From an uncultured delta proteobacterium (GTDB lineage Bacteria; Myxococcota_A; Polyangia; Polyangiales; Polyangiaceae), in NCBI GenBank assembly GCA_963850305.1, contig CAWKKR010000001.1:608001-672000 (forward strand): DNA of 64,000 nt, given 5' to 3'. The notes under the pieces were generated by a model. The model saw only the letters and a list, made by a program, of their open reading frames with translations, ran no database searches and had not been told where the DNA came from. Positions 48,867 to 59,677 of the stretch are shown here, one piece after another. The position numbers were made by a program, and so were the translations under genes. Positions within the stretch are counted from its first letter, which is position 1, and each line of letters opens with the position of its first letter.

Positions 48867-51134
48867 CTAATAACCTGCCTCTACCCCGATGCTCGGAATG
48901 GAAACGGGACCGATGCGCGTCGTCCCGATGGTCTCCTTGTTCAGCGTCGCGTTCAGGAACTCGGCGACGAAGGAGATCCAGCCTCTCCGCCCGAGGCGCC
49001 ACTTTTTCTCGAGGCGAAGATCGATACGCCAGAAGGGCGGCGTGCGCTCCGGACTGAGGGTTGGGGGAAGAGGAATCGCGCTACGGACCTCCGTCACCTG
49101 AGGCACGCCGGTATAGAAGACGAGTCGTGTGCCAGCGCGCCAGTTCCGGCCGAGGTCGTACGCCAGGGCCAGATTCGCGACGTGGGTTCGATCGAACGCG
49201 CTCGGAAACGTTTCCCCATCGAGCATCCGCGTAGAGCGCGACAGTGTATAGGTCAAGAAGCCCCCGAGTCGCTTCGTCAAGTTACGCTTGATGAACAGCT
49301 CGAATCCGACGGCGTGCCCCAGGCTTCGCGGGTTGGAAAGCAGGTTGGCGCCGAGATCGCTGGTGGAAGTGCCGAGGGCATCGGTCATGTTGAAGAAGAG
49401 GTTGTCGAACACCGTCGCCGTGGCGGTGATCGCCTCGGGAAGGTCCATTTCCACGCCGGCGCTGGTCTGCAAGCCGGTCTGGAGTCCGCCTTGAAGGTTG
49501 CCGGGGACGAGACCTGGGATCGGAACGACGAACGACGGCGGTTGGTGAACGAGGCCGTAGGCATGCACGATCCGGAAGTGGTCGGTGATCTTGAACCGCG
49601 CCGAGATGCGCGGATCGACGGCCGGCGCGGCGGCCCCGCCGGAGGTGTACAGATCGACGCGCACTCCGGGAGTCACCTGAACACGCGGGCCCAGATCCAG
49701 GACGGAATCCACCCATGCTCCGACGGCGACATCGGTGCGAGCCGGAAACAGCGCGTCGTACATCCGGAGAGTGGGATCGTCCGGATCGACATAGCTCGAC
49801 TTGTCTTCGGTATAGCCGTCCATGGTGACGTCCGCCCCGGCGCGCACCACGACGCCCTTCGACACGGGGTGATGGAGCTCCACGCGCGACGACACCATGC
49901 GGTCCTGCGCGTTGCGTTGATCGGCGGCACGCGTTTGATCGTAACCGAGTGTCACGGCGGTCCGGATCGTGCTGTTCGTCCCGAACGAGTGATCGTAGCG
50001 GAGATCCAGTCTGTAAAATTCGGACCCGAAGAGGATGTTCTCGACGTTGTTCGTCGTCTGCCCGAGCAAGTCGTACGAACCGAAGCCGAATGCCGTGACC
50101 TGATCACGTGGCGTGATGTCGTAAGTAACCCGAGCTTGATAATCGCGATAATCGAGCGTCGTGTTCTTGACGATCAGCGAGAGGATTGCCGCCGTGTACG
50201 AGTAGCGGCCGCCGACGAGGACGGTGCCTCTCCCGCCGTCGAACCCCGTTTCCACCATCGCCCCTGCGTCGAAGAGGCGAATGTTGCCTTCGCCGTGAAG
50301 ATCGTCGCGGGGCGCGGTGGTCTCTCCGCTGACGATCCCACCCGCGAAGCGACCGAAGCGCGCCGGGTACCCGCCTGGATAGAGATCGACGCGATCGACC
50401 ATCGCGGGCTGGATGACCGAAGGCCCGAGTCCCACGTGAAAGAGGTACGGAACACGGACTCCGTCGAGGAAGTAACCAACGTTGCCAGGCGGCGCGCCGC
50501 GCACGTAGAAGAACGGTAACCCGGAGACGATGGGCGTCACTCCTGGCATCGCTTCGATCGCCCGGAAAGGATCGCCGAACGTCCCGGGGATCTGCCGGAC
50601 CTCCGCTCGTGTGAAGGAAGACACCTCGGGAGCCGGCCTCACCCCGACCACTTGCACCTCGGGGATGGGCGTGACCCGTCCTGACGAGACGGCGGGCTCA
50701 CTCCCAGCGGACGCCCCCTTCGCCGCCGGAGCCGTCTTCGGCGCGGTGACACGCGCGTGAAACGTCACTTCGAATCGAATGATGGACGCGACGGGCGTGC
50801 CGCCGCGCTTGGCCGGTTCGAAGTGCCAGGTGAGTGCCGCTGCCGCAGCGATTCCGGCTAGGGGCTCCTCGCCTTCGATCGCACGGGAGGCGCGCACGCT
50901 GCCATCCGCCTTGATCGTCAGCGCCAGCACTACCACCGCGTTGCCGGTGTTCTCCGGCGTGACGATCTCGACCGGGGAGATCAACCTGGGAGGGACGACC
51001 ACTGCGGCGAGCCGTGACGGAGCCGTCGACTGAGTTCGAGGGACGTCGGCTCTCGCCATGCGGCCTGCCAGGAGCGCAGCCAGCAAGACGGCGCTCACGC
51101 CGCGCCGAAGCTCTCCCCTGCCGCTCGCCGACAT
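48867..51134 (-). CDS. TonB-dependent receptor with N-terminal TonB-C-like domain (myxobacterial type)
   Basis: LTIKADGSV...WHFEPAKRGG, plug IPGTFGDPFRAIEAMPGV, YPGGYPARFGR, DPRISARF, C-terminal PSIGVEAGY. Confidence 0.92.
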   Translation of the reverse strand: MSASGRGELRRGVSAVLLAALLAGRMARADVPRTQSTAPSRLAAVVVPPRLISPVEIVTPENTGNAVVVLALTIKADGSVRASRAIEGEEPLAGIAAAAALTWHFEPAKRGGTPVASIIRFEVTFHARVTAPKTAPAAKGASAGSEPAVSSGRVTPIPEVQVVGVRPAPEVSSFTRAEVRQIPGTFGDPFRAIEAMPGVTPIVSGLPFFYVRGAPPGNVGYFLDGVRVPYLFHVGLGPSVIQPAMVDRVDLYPGGYPARFGRFAGGIVSGETTAPRDDLHGEGNIRLFDAGAMVETGFDGGRGTVLVGGRYSYTAAILSLIVKNTTLDYRDYQARVTYDITPRDQVTAFGFGSYDLLGQTTNNVENILFGSEFYRLDLRYDHSFGTNSTIRTAVTLGYDQTRAADQRNAQDRMVSSRVELHHPVSKGVVVRAGADVTMDGYTEDKSSYVDPDDPTLRMYDALFPARTDVAVGAWVDSVLDLGPRVQVTPGVRVDLYTSGGAAAPAVDPRISARFKITDHFRIVHAYGLVHQPPSFVVPIPGLVPGNLQGGLQTGLQTSAGVEMDLPEAITATATVFDNLFFNMTDALGTSTSDLGANLLSNPRSLGHAVGFELFIKRNLTKRLGGFLTYTLSRSTRMLDGETFPSAFDRTHVANLALAYDLGRNWRAGTRLVFYTGVPQVTEVRSAIPLPPTLSPERTPPFWRIDLRLEKKWRLGRRGWISFVAEFLNATLNKETIGTTRIGPVSIPSIGVEAGY

Positions 51135-51277
51135 TGCCGCACGCTACGTCGAGCCAGCCGAACGCGTGAGACTTTGTGGCCCGCCCGATGAGCCCTGGGC
51201 GCGCGCCGGAGCCGCGGCCCCGACGAGCTCGGCGTCACGACGGCGGAATGCTCCTGGCGGCGGAGAGTGACGCCGCG

Positions 51278-52756
51278 CTACTGCAGCTTCACGCAGATGC
51301 CGCCGCTGCAACTGATACCGCCGCAGCAGGCGACGCTCGCACCGCACTCTTGCCCGTAGAGCGCGCACGTCATTGCCCCGCCCGCGCCAGTCGCGGCGTC
51401 GGTCCCCGTCGTCCCTCCGGCGCCGCCCGCGCCCCCAGGGGTTGCCGGAATGCTGCAAGTCCCCTGCGTGGAGCCAATCGGAGTGACGCACTCCGATCCG
51501 ACGCAGCAATCCCCGTTGATGCTGCACGACGCCCCCGCGGGTTGACACCCCGCGCCTCCGTCCACGGGCGCCGTGCAACGCAGCTGACCGGCCGCGTCCG
51601 GCACACAGGGGGCGTGGTCACAGCAATCCGAACTCGAAGCACACGTTTCTCCTGCCGCGCGACAAGCGGCGAGACCGTTGCACCGCGGCACGCCGAGGGG
51701 ATCGAGCTGGCACACGCCGGAGTTGCCGACCCCGCCGCAGCAGTCATTCCGCGCGGACGAGATGCTGCACGTGTAATTCTGGTAGTGGCAAACATCCCCT
51801 TGCGGGTTGCAACCCAGCGGGTTCCGGCAAATACCGACCGCCCCGCCACCGCTCTTGTCGCACGTGACGTTGCCATCGCCCGGGAGTCCCGTGCCGGCGG
51901 CGCCGCAGCAGTCACTGTCCGCACGACACAGATCCCCGTCGATATGGCAGCCACTCGCAGGTTGGCAGATAGGTACCCCCGTGGGTCCGTAGGGTGCGCA
52001 CAGCCGACTGCAGCAATCACCGCAACCCTGGCACACGGTGCCGTCGGCGCCGCCGTTGCAGAAACTCGGGCCCGATGGTGGCGGCGCGCAGGTTCCGACG
52101 GCCTTGCCCGCGGCAACCGTGCACGCGCCCGTACAGCAATCGCTCGCTTGCGTACAGAGGTCGCCCGGCTGCACGCAAAACGAGGACCCGATCTGACAGT
52201 TTCCCCCGCTGCAAAGGCTCGAACAACAGTCCGCGTTCTTCGCGCAGGCATTCCCGGCCGTGAGGCACGCGGTGTTCAGTGCGGCGCACTTTCCGGAACT
52301 GCATGTGCCGCCGCAGCAACTTGCGTTCGTCGTGCAAGCGTCGCCGTCGCTGATACACATCGAGCCCGAGCACGCGCCCGTGCAGTTCAGGCTGCAGCAT
52401 TCCGTCGGTGATCCGCAGCTCGCGCCGGCAGCCGCACACGCACCGACGCTCGACGCGCACGTGTTCGTCTTCGCGTCGCAGACCTGCGAGCAGCAATCGG
52501 CGCTCGTCGCGCAGACGTCGGCGAACTTGTGACACGTCGATGGAGACACGATGACGCCCGGCGCCGCGCCCGCGCCGACGCCGCTAGCGCCACCCGCAGC
52601 GCCGAGCGCCCCGTCGAGCCCGGCGTCGTGGTTCGTTCGGCCCAAGCTCGCCGACCCGCTGCTGCCGCAGGCGGGAAGCAGCGCGATGCCGACACCGATC
52701 CACCAATGCGAACGAAGATGCTTCACGACGTTCCCCTGGGCGACTCCAGCTTTCAT
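51278..52756 (-). CDS. Cys-rich lipoprotein (paralog A)
   Basis: Lipobox LPAC and repeated C...G..C....xCC...C units. Very similar to 57355..59062. Confidence 0.8.
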   Translation of the reverse strand: MKAGVAQGNVVKHLRSHWWIGVGIALLPACGSSGSASLGRTNHDAGLDGALGAAGGASGVGAGAAPGVIVSPSTCHKFADVCATSADCCSQVCDAKTNTCASSVGACAAAGASCGSPTECCSLNCTGACSGSMCISDGDACTTNASCCGGTCSSGKCAALNTACLTAGNACAKNADCCSSLCSGGNCQIGSSFCVQPGDLCTQASDCCTGACTVAAGKAVGTCAPPPSGPSFCNGGADGTVCQGCGDCCSRLCAPYGPTGVPICQPASGCHIDGDLCRADSDCCGAAGTGLPGDGNVTCDKSGGGAVGICRNPLGCNPQGDVCHYQNYTCSISSARNDCCGGVGNSGVCQLDPLGVPRCNGLAACRAAGETCASSSDCCDHAPCVPDAAGQLRCTAPVDGGAGCQPAGASCSINGDCCVGSECVTPIGSTQGTCSIPATPGGAGGAGGTTGTDAATGAGGAMTCALYGQECGASVACCGGISCSGGICVKLQ

Positions 52757-52796
52757 CCCCTGGTCCGACGGCGCCCGGGCGCCAATTTTATGAACC

Positions 52797-53684
52797 TCAT
52801 TCAATCCTCGCATCGACGCAGCAGCCCGTGACGCACGCTTCGCCGGCCGGGCATTGCGGAAGGCAATCGAGCCCGCAGGCGGGGCCATTCGCACACGCCG
52901 GCGCGGTGCAAGTCGGCGCGGGCGTCGGCGCGCAGCTCGCCGGGAGCTCTCGCTTGCCCACGCACAGCTCGCACGTTTCGCAGGGGTTCAGGCACCCGGC
53001 CACCTGCGTACAGGGCTTACAGCGGCTCGGGTCGGCGGCGTGTGCGCTATCGCACGAAGGGTTACCCAGTGCGTCCGTCGAACCCAGCCAGACCGGAGTC
53101 GGCGCGCCCGGAATTGCGCAGCAGCCGAAGCAATCACACCCGTTCGGCGTCAGCGGGCCACAGACTGTCAGGCATTGCGCCGACTGCGACGCGCTCGCCT
53201 CGGCGCAGGTCTCGTCCTTCGGCAGCTTCGCGGCCGCATCGTAGGGGCAGGCGCTCCCTTCTGGCGGATAATCCGGCGCGATCGAGAGCGGGTCGCAGGC
53301 ATGCGACCAGAGACAATCGTCGTTGCCGGAGCCGGTGTCTTGATCGAAGTAACAATCCTGCGTGCAGGGCGCGTGATTCTGCCCCGGGATCGAACCGAAG
53401 AACGTGGACTCCGAATTTTGACACGGGCCCAGGCAGTCCGGATCCTCCATGTCGACCTTGCCATCGCCGTCGTTGTCGAGGCAATCCCCGCACGCATACA
53501 CGTGGTTGCCACACGGCGCGGGGTGGCAGACAGGCGCCGCGTCGGCGGTCGTTCGAATGCTGGCGTCGCTGGCCTCCGCGTCGGAACGTGCGGGCGAATC
53601 GAAGCCCAGCAACGCGTCGCGCTCGCAACTCGTCGAAGCGAAGATCAACGTGCCCACGAGCAGGATGGCGCCGCGCGCCGTCAT
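52797..53684 (-). CDS. Cys-rich lipoprotein with DxDGDG calcium-binding motif
   Basis: Lipobox STSC, CGDCLDNDGDGKVDMEDPDC, NGCDCFGCC. Confidence 0.78.
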   Translation of the reverse strand: MTARGAILLVGTLIFASTSCERDALLGFDSPARSDAEASDASIRTTADAAPVCHPAPCGNHVYACGDCLDNDGDGKVDMEDPDCLGPCQNSESTFFGSIPGQNHAPCTQDCYFDQDTGSGNDDCLWSHACDPLSIAPDYPPEGSACPYDAAAKLPKDETCAEASASQSAQCLTVCGPLTPNGCDCFGCCAIPGAPTPVWLGSTDALGNPSCDSAHAADPSRCKPCTQVAGCLNPCETCELCVGKRELPASCAPTPAPTCTAPACANGPACGLDCLPQCPAGEACVTGCCVDARIE

Positions 53685-54382
53685 TTCGAGACCAGATTCT
53701 CCACCTTGCTCCGGTACGCCGAGCCCGGGAATGCGGCGATGAACGCCCCCGCGCGCGCCTTTGCCGCCGCGGTCCGTCCGAGCCTGGATAGGGCCTCGAT
53801 GGCGATCACTTCCCTCTCCTGCACGAGCACGCCTCGCGGGTAGTCGCGTTTTGCCATCGCCGTAAGCGACAGCGCCCGCGCCGGATCGGACGCCAGCGCT
53901 GCCTGCGCCCGTCCGAGGAGATCGGATTCGGACGCACCCGGCCCTTCGCGCCGCGGAGGGGTTCCTGGTGCGACCTCGACAGGCGGACTTGCCGTCGACG
54001 TTACCGGCGACGGCTTGGCTGTCCGGTTCCTCGGGACCACGCGGCTCGGCGAGCTAACAGCCTCCGCTGCGCCCGGCGCGGGGCGTTCGACACGGGTCGC
54101 CATCCCCCTCATCCACGCAAATCCCCCTCCCGCCGCGAGCGCAAGTGCCGCCACGGCGACGATCGCGACCGAAGCGCCGCCGATGCGGAGAGCTACGCGC
54201 GCACCCCGTCGCGGAGCGTCACCGAACACCGACGCGAGTCGTCCGTCGAGCACGGCGAGTTCGGAGCGAGTCGCCACGTCCTGGCGCGCGTGCGACAGAA
54301 CGGACTTCACGCGCTCCGATGCGGACGAAGCGGGGTCGCGCAGCCGCGGCGGGTCCGGCGGAGCGTCGGATGACTGGCTCAC
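53681..54382 (-). CDS. Probable single-pass anti-sigma factor with C-terminal TPR
   Basis: DPPRLRD N-terminus, TM helix, ESDLLGRAQAAL...QEREVIAIEAL...FIAAFPGS. GTGA overlap with the ECF gene. Confidence 0.75.
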   Translation of the reverse strand: MSQSSDAPPDPPRLRDPASSASERVKSVLSHARQDVATRSELAVLDGRLASVFGDAPRRGARVALRIGGASVAIVAVAALALAAGGGFAWMRGMATRVERPAPGAAEAVSSPSRVVPRNRTAKPSPVTSTASPPVEVAPGTPPRREGPGASESDLLGRAQAALASDPARALSLTAMAKRDYPRGVLVQEREVIAIEALSRLGRTAAAKARAGAFIAAFPGSAYRSKVENLVSK

Positions 54383-54945
54383 GAGGCACCCTCCGACTCG
54401 AGCGCGGCGAGCACGACGTCCCGCGCCGCGTGAAGGCGCGAATACGCCGTCTGCAGCGGACAACCGATGACCTCGCACACCTCGCGCATCGTCAACCCTT
54501 CGATCTCGTAGAGCACGAACACGTCCCGCTTGTCGTCGTCCAGACGATCGAGGGCAAATGCCAGCGAGGAGCGGGCCTCGAGCTGCGGCCCGAGCGATGC
54601 GTCCACCCGCCGAGCGTCGTCGTCCACGGCGATGACTTCGTGGCGCTTCGAGCTGCGGCTCCGGTAGTCCGACGCGGCGCGCTGACAGATCGTATAGAGC
54701 CACGTGCGGAAAGCCGACCGGCCCTCGAACGTGTCGAGCTTGCGGTGGACGGTGATGAACACTTCCTGGCAAACGTCCGGCAGATCCGCCGACCGAACCC
54801 CGAAATAGCGAAGTGCTCTGTAGACATAGCGGGCGTGCTCGTCGAAGATCTGTCGCGACGTGAGGCGCGGGGGCATGAAGTTTCGGCAACTCTCGGCCGC
54901 GAACGATTCCGAGCCTCGAAGAGTTAGTGGGTCCGACGGTATCAA
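54379..54945 (-). CDS. ECF RNA polymerase sigma-70 factor
   Basis: IFDEHARYVYRAL, DVCQEVFITV, FEGRSAFRTWLY, VFVLYEIEGL...TAYSRLHAAR. Start may be ATG 54877. Confidence 0.92.
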   Translation of the reverse strand: MIPSDPLTLRGSESFAAESCRNFMPPRLTSRQIFDEHARYVYRALRYFGVRSADLPDVCQEVFITVHRKLDTFEGRSAFRTWLYTICQRAASDYRSRSSKRHEVIAVDDDARRVDASLGPQLEARSSLAFALDRLDDDKRDVFVLYEIEGLTMREVCEVIGCPLQTAYSRLHAARDVVLAALESEGAS

Positions 54946-54957
54946 ATTATCAACGCG

Positions 54958-55980
54958 TCACCATCGCAGCGAGAGCCCGATTTCTGCGCTTCCTACCATC
55001 GCCCCCATTTCACGCAGGGCGCGGGTGGTTCCCGCGTCGGAATAAACGAAACGATACCGGACGAGCGCCGCGTCCGCCCCCGCGCCGAGTCTGACGGCAA
55101 CAGGACCCCCAATCGGCCAGAGAAGCACGGCTCGCGCGCCGACCGTCCAGAGCGGTTCGGTGATGCTCGTGTCTTCATCGAAGCCGAGTCCACGCGCATG
55201 CACTCGACCGAATCGCTGAGCGACGCACCCGTGCAGAGTGAGCGCGCGGGACCGAAACGAAAGCGGACACGCATCCGCCTCCAGGGTGAAGGCGCTGAAA
55301 TCGCCGCCGCGTCCACGGGCCTCCTGTGATTCGTCGGGCAACCAGAGCTCCGCGGCGAGTTCGACGCGAAAGAACCGCGGGGGCTCGAGCGACATTGCGA
55401 AGCGACCTCCGCGGGCGACACCCGGCAACAGCCCGACCGCCCCGTCCGCGCCGAGCGACGACTCCCAATGCCACGGCGCGCGCGGGGCGAGCGTCTCCCG
55501 CGGGATCAGGATTGACGTCGAAGCACCGAGGCTCGACGCGGCGTTCTCCTCGGCGAGCTTTCGCGCCGATACGTCCACCATGAGACCCGTTGCGAGCGCC
55601 AGGGAGTCATCGAGCGCCGAACAGTCGGGCGCGGCCGTCGTGAGCGTGCGCGTACCGAGGCTCTCGCCATTCGCGCGCCGCAAATCGATGACCGCCGTCC
55701 AGGCGCCATCGGCTGCCGCGTCGATCGTGCCGCGCACCACGAGAGCCGCCGTTGCCTCGTCCGTGAAGACGTCGCGACGCCATCGCCGGTCGACCGCCCG
55801 CCGGAGCGCCGCCCCATCGAGGCAGCCTCGCGCACGCGCACCCCGGATCCATTCGAGCCGCACGGACACCGGACGATCCGCTCCGCGCGAGCTCGATTGA
55901 GCCAGGCTCGACCCCGCGAATGCCAGCGCGCTCAATGCCGAAACGATTCGGAGCGCGAAGGGCGAAGACATCGTCTCCAT
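54958..55980 (-). CDS. Hypothetical secreted protein: N-domain with Cys pair + beta-barrel-like C-terminus (ECF-module partner, copy 2)
   Basis: Signal peptide, GCLDG...GTRTL...DCSAL, amphipathic strands, terminal W. Immediately upstream of the ECF gene. Confidence 0.7.
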   Translation of the reverse strand: METMSSPFALRIVSALSALAFAGSSLAQSSSRGADRPVSVRLEWIRGARARGCLDGAALRRAVDRRWRRDVFTDEATAALVVRGTIDAAADGAWTAVIDLRRANGESLGTRTLTTAAPDCSALDDSLALATGLMVDVSARKLAEENAASSLGASTSILIPRETLAPRAPWHWESSLGADGAVGLLPGVARGGRFAMSLEPPRFFRVELAAELWLPDESQEARGRGGDFSAFTLEADACPLSFRSRALTLHGCVAQRFGRVHARGLGFDEDTSITEPLWTVGARAVLLWPIGGPVAVRLGAGADAALVRYRFVYSDAGTTRALREMGAMVGSAEIGLSLRW

Positions 55981-56044
55981 CCTACATGGCGCGTCTCCGG
56001 ACGACTGCGGTGATGACGCGCGGGCGTGTTTCGACGACTGCGCG

Positions 56045-57340
56045 TCAGTTGATGGTGGGGCAGCCGAAGAGCACCTGGACGCTCTCGGCGCCAGTCTCTT
56101 CGACCTGCTGGCAGACGGTGCCCGTGAGCACGACGGTCGGCGGGGACGTGGTCTCGTCGAGCACCCACCCGTTGCCGGAAGTCACCTGCGGGATCCTGAC
56201 GCCGTCGACGAGCACGTTGAGGAGCCGGAGATCCGGCGGCTCCGACGTGAGCTGTTGTGAGCACGTCGTGACGAGGGTCCGCGTGATGTTCGTGAGCACT
56301 GACGTCAGTCCGGCGACGCCGCCGCTCGCATCGACCTGGTAATATTTGTGGGCACCCGAGGGTACCGCCTCGCCGCCACTCACCGCGAAGGCGTCGAGGG
56401 CGGTGGCGTAGGCTTCGCTCCCCGGAATCCCTACGACGAATGTCTTCACTCCAGCCGACGCGAGCTTCTTCACCGCGGCGGTCGTGGCCGAATCGTCGAG
56501 ACAGGACGCGCCGGCCGCCGCCGCTCCTCCGAATTGAGGATCGCAGCAATTCGCGGCCCCTCCGTCGGGGCTCTTGACCGGGCAGAGTCCGTCCAGATTC
56601 AACACGCACGTCCCCTCGCCGCAGCTCAACGTCGAGTTGCAGTCGGGCCCGCCGTCGGTCGCGAGGAGCACGTACTTGTCGCCGGTCAGGGATTTCCCGG
56701 CGCCGGTCGTCAAGTAGTCGTAGGCGCGGCCGAGTGCGAGCGCCGTCGGAGTGCCGCCGCCGGGTCCCATCTCGAGCGCCGTCGCGATCGTCGGCGCGGT
56801 CGTCGTGCCGACGTCGATCGGCACTTCGATCCCCGGTGCGGCGGGCATCTCGCAACAGTTGTCCAAGCAGCTCACCGAGATCGGTTTCGACACATCCGCC
56901 GGATACGGAAAGAGCTCGAGCCCGAACGCGAGGTCGGCCTTCGTCGCGTCCACTGCCGCGCCGAGCGCACTCTTCATCGCCGTCCACTTGTCCGTCGAGA
57001 ACCCAGCTGGCGTCTCGGCCATGCTACCGGAACGGTCGATCACGAGGAGCACGTTGACGTTCCGTGGCTTCGCGTCCACGCGCGACTCACCGCACGAGCC
57101 GTCCGGCCCGTTGTCTCCGCCATCCCTGCCGACGACCTCGATGATGGAGCCGCCTTGCCCGACGGCCTGCCCTCCGGAACCGCCGCCCGACGAGCCGTCA
57201 CGGGTACCACTGCCGCCTCCGCCGGTGGGAGCGAAGCCCCCCGAGCCCTGGCGCGAATGCGAACAAGCGATCGTGCCGAGCAAGGCTGCGGCACCCACCG
57301 CGAACGACTTCAGCGCCGCTCGACGAATCCGCTCTTTCAT
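56045..57340 (-). CDS. von Willebrand factor A domain lipoprotein (CglB-like)
   Basis: Lipobox TIAC, MIDAS DRSGSM, GGGTPT, VLLATDGGPDC, VKTFVVGIPGS. Confidence 0.85.
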   Translation of the reverse strand: MKERIRRAALKSFAVGAAALLGTIACSHSRQGSGGFAPTGGGGSGTRDGSSGGGSGGQAVGQGGSIIEVVGRDGGDNGPDGSCGESRVDAKPRNVNVLLVIDRSGSMAETPAGFSTDKWTAMKSALGAAVDATKADLAFGLELFPYPADVSKPISVSCLDNCCEMPAAPGIEVPIDVGTTTAPTIATALEMGPGGGTPTALALGRAYDYLTTGAGKSLTGDKYVLLATDGGPDCNSTLSCGEGTCVLNLDGLCPVKSPDGGAANCCDPQFGGAAAAGASCLDDSATTAAVKKLASAGVKTFVVGIPGSEAYATALDAFAVSGGEAVPSGAHKYYQVDASGGVAGLTSVLTNITRTLVTTCSQQLTSEPPDLRLLNVLVDGVRIPQVTSGNGWVLDETTSPPTVVLTGTVCQQVEETGAESVQVLFGCPTIN

Positions 57341-57354
57341 TTTCGGTTGCTCTG

Positions 57355-59062
57355 TCACGGAATGAAGAACCGGCAGGTGCCTTGCGTGCACGGAACACCG
57401 CTGCAGCAGTCGGCCGTGGTGGCGCACGTCTGGCCGTAAAGCGAGCATGCGCCGCCGGCACCAGTCGTTCCACCAGTGCTGGTCGTTCCGCCCGCGCCCG
57501 CGGTTCCACCGGCGTTGCCGCTTCCGCCCGCGCCCGCGGTTCCACCGGTGTTGCCGCCTCCGCCCGCGCTCGCCGTCCCGCCGGCCCCGGTGGCGCCACC
57601 ACTGCCGGGCGGCGGCGGGGGCACGCTGCAACTTCCCGCCGTCGAACCGACGGCTCTGACGCACGCAGACCCTGGACAGCAATCTCCGTCGATCGTGCAC
57701 GAGCCGCCGCTCGGAACGCACGCGCCGCCCGAGTCCGGCGGGTTGAAGCAGCGCAGAAGGCCGCCGCTCCCCGGCACGCACGGCAAACCATCGCAGCAAT
57801 CGGTGGTGGACGCACACCTGTCGCCGGATTTGCGACACTGACTTCCGAGACCGTAGCAGCGCGGCACCCCGAGCGCGTCGAGCTGGCACACGCCGCTGTT
57901 CCCGACCGCGGCGCAACAGTCGTTCCGCGCCGAGGAGATGCTGCACTCGTAGTTTTTGTAGTGACAGACGTTTCCTTCCGGGTTGCAGCCCATCGGGTTT
58001 CGGCAGATCCCGACGAGCGCGCCGGTGTCTTTCTCGCACGTGACGTTGCCGTCCCCCGGAAGGCCGGTTCCGGAGGCGCCGCAGCAGTCGCTATCCGTTC
58101 GGCAGAGATCCCCGTTCACGTGACAGCCGCTGGCCGGCTGACAGACGAACACGCCAGTGGGCCCGTACGGCGCGCAGAGGCGACTGCAGCAATCCGTGCA
58201 ACTCCCGCACACCGTTCCGTCTACGCCGTCGGAGCAGTAGGTCGATCCCTTCGGCGGCACTGCACACGTTCCGCTCGTCTTGCCGCTCACGATAGTGCAG
58301 GTCCCGGAGCAGCAATCCGCGCTCCGCGAGCAGATGTCGCCCTGCTGGATACAGAAGGAAGACCCGAGCTGGCATTTGCCGCTCGCGCACAGGCTCGAGC
58401 AACAGTCCGCATCCTGCGTGCAGGCGTTGCCGGCCGTATGGCACGCAGTGTTGAGAGGGGCGCAGGTTCCGTTGGTGCACGTGCCGCTGCAGCAACTCCC
58501 GCTCGAAGAGCAAGCCTTGCCGTCCGAAGTGCATGCGCTCGCCGACCCGCATTTGCCGCTCGTACAGTCGAGGTTGCAGCAATCCGTCGCGCCGGCACAG
58601 CTGGCGCCTGCCGGCGCGCAACTGGTGACGCTCGACGCGCACGTCAGAGTAACGCCGTCACAGATCCCGGAACAGCAATCAGCGCCGCTGGCGCAGATGG
58701 CGCCGTAGCGTGAGCACGTGATCGGCGGAATGACCGGACCGGTGGTCGCATCGCGACCCGCATCGCTGGACGCGCTGCTGCCTCCGGCGGACGTTCCTGC
58801 GCCGCTGCCGCTTGCACCGGCTCCAGTGCCGCCGCTGCCGCCCGCGCTCCCGCCCCCCGGACGACCCGAGTGCGCCAAAGCCCCCTTGCCCACCGAAATT
58901 GCCACTTCCACCCGCTCCGCTTCCGGTGCCACCCATGTCGTTCCGGCTACCATCCGGGCCGGCATCCTTCCTGCCGCTCCCGGTGAGTGCGGTAGACCCC
59001 GAACTGCCGCACGCCGTGACCAGACAGAGACCGGCCAGAAGCACCCAATTCACTCGCCGCAT
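57355..59062 (-). CDS. Cys-rich lipoprotein (paralog B), frameshifted near 58855
   Basis: MRRVNWVLLAGLCLVTAC lipobox in frame 58679..59146, with the body in frame 57355..58965. The switch is at the C6 run 58853-58858. Confidence 0.8.
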
Positions 59063-59202
59063 CCGAGGAACGTTACAGACGTTGGCCTCCGAAATCAAAG
59101 TCACAACACTCGCGAAGCAGGACGAAACCGCGCCGAAGATTCTCACGCACGCGGTTCATAAAATCCGCCGGCTCGGCCTGTCTAAAGCGGCGCGCAGCGA
59201 GC

Positions 59203-59595
59203 TCAGGGAACCGTTACCGACTTTTCAATCCGCAGGCATTGCTCGCCGTTGCAGACACCTCCCCTGATCGTCACGACACCCTTTGGCGAGTCGACCTGCG
59301 CCGACTTCTCCGACAGCCTGAAGTGTTCCCGACCGATCTTCTCTCCCCCGGCGAGGAGGCGCCACGGGTATTCCTTGTTGATGTGCCACTTCCCCTTGGC
59401 GGCGACGACGACGACGTGTCCTGCGGCCACGGACACATCGAATTCCTCCTCTGCGCTCGCGCCGCGCGGCAGGAAGAACGAGAAAGCGGTCAGCGAGCAA
59501 AGGGCCGAAACCCAGAGTAGGCGAGCAAGTCGCGTGGGCGCGCCGTCGGGATCGGACGAACCGCGGTAACGCGGAGTTGCAATCAGAGGAGGCAT
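59203..59595 (-). CDS. Small secreted protein with a CxxxxC pair, DsbD-alpha-like
   Basis: Signal peptide ASA|E, KGKWHINKEYPW, RGGVCNGEQC. Divergent from TlpA. Confidence 0.55.
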   Translation of the reverse strand: MPPLIATPRYRGSSDPDGAPTRLARLLWVSALCSLTAFSFFLPRGASAEEEFDVSVAAGHVVVVAAKGKWHINKEYPWRLLAGGEKIGREHFRLSEKSAQVDSPKGVVTIRGGVCNGEQCLRIEKSVTVP

Positions 59596-59677
59596 CGCTT
59601 CGATTCTTATTCGTCCTCTCACGCGAAGTTCTTCAATCCCAGCTCATCTTTTTTTCTCGAACCTTTCTCGTCTGGAG

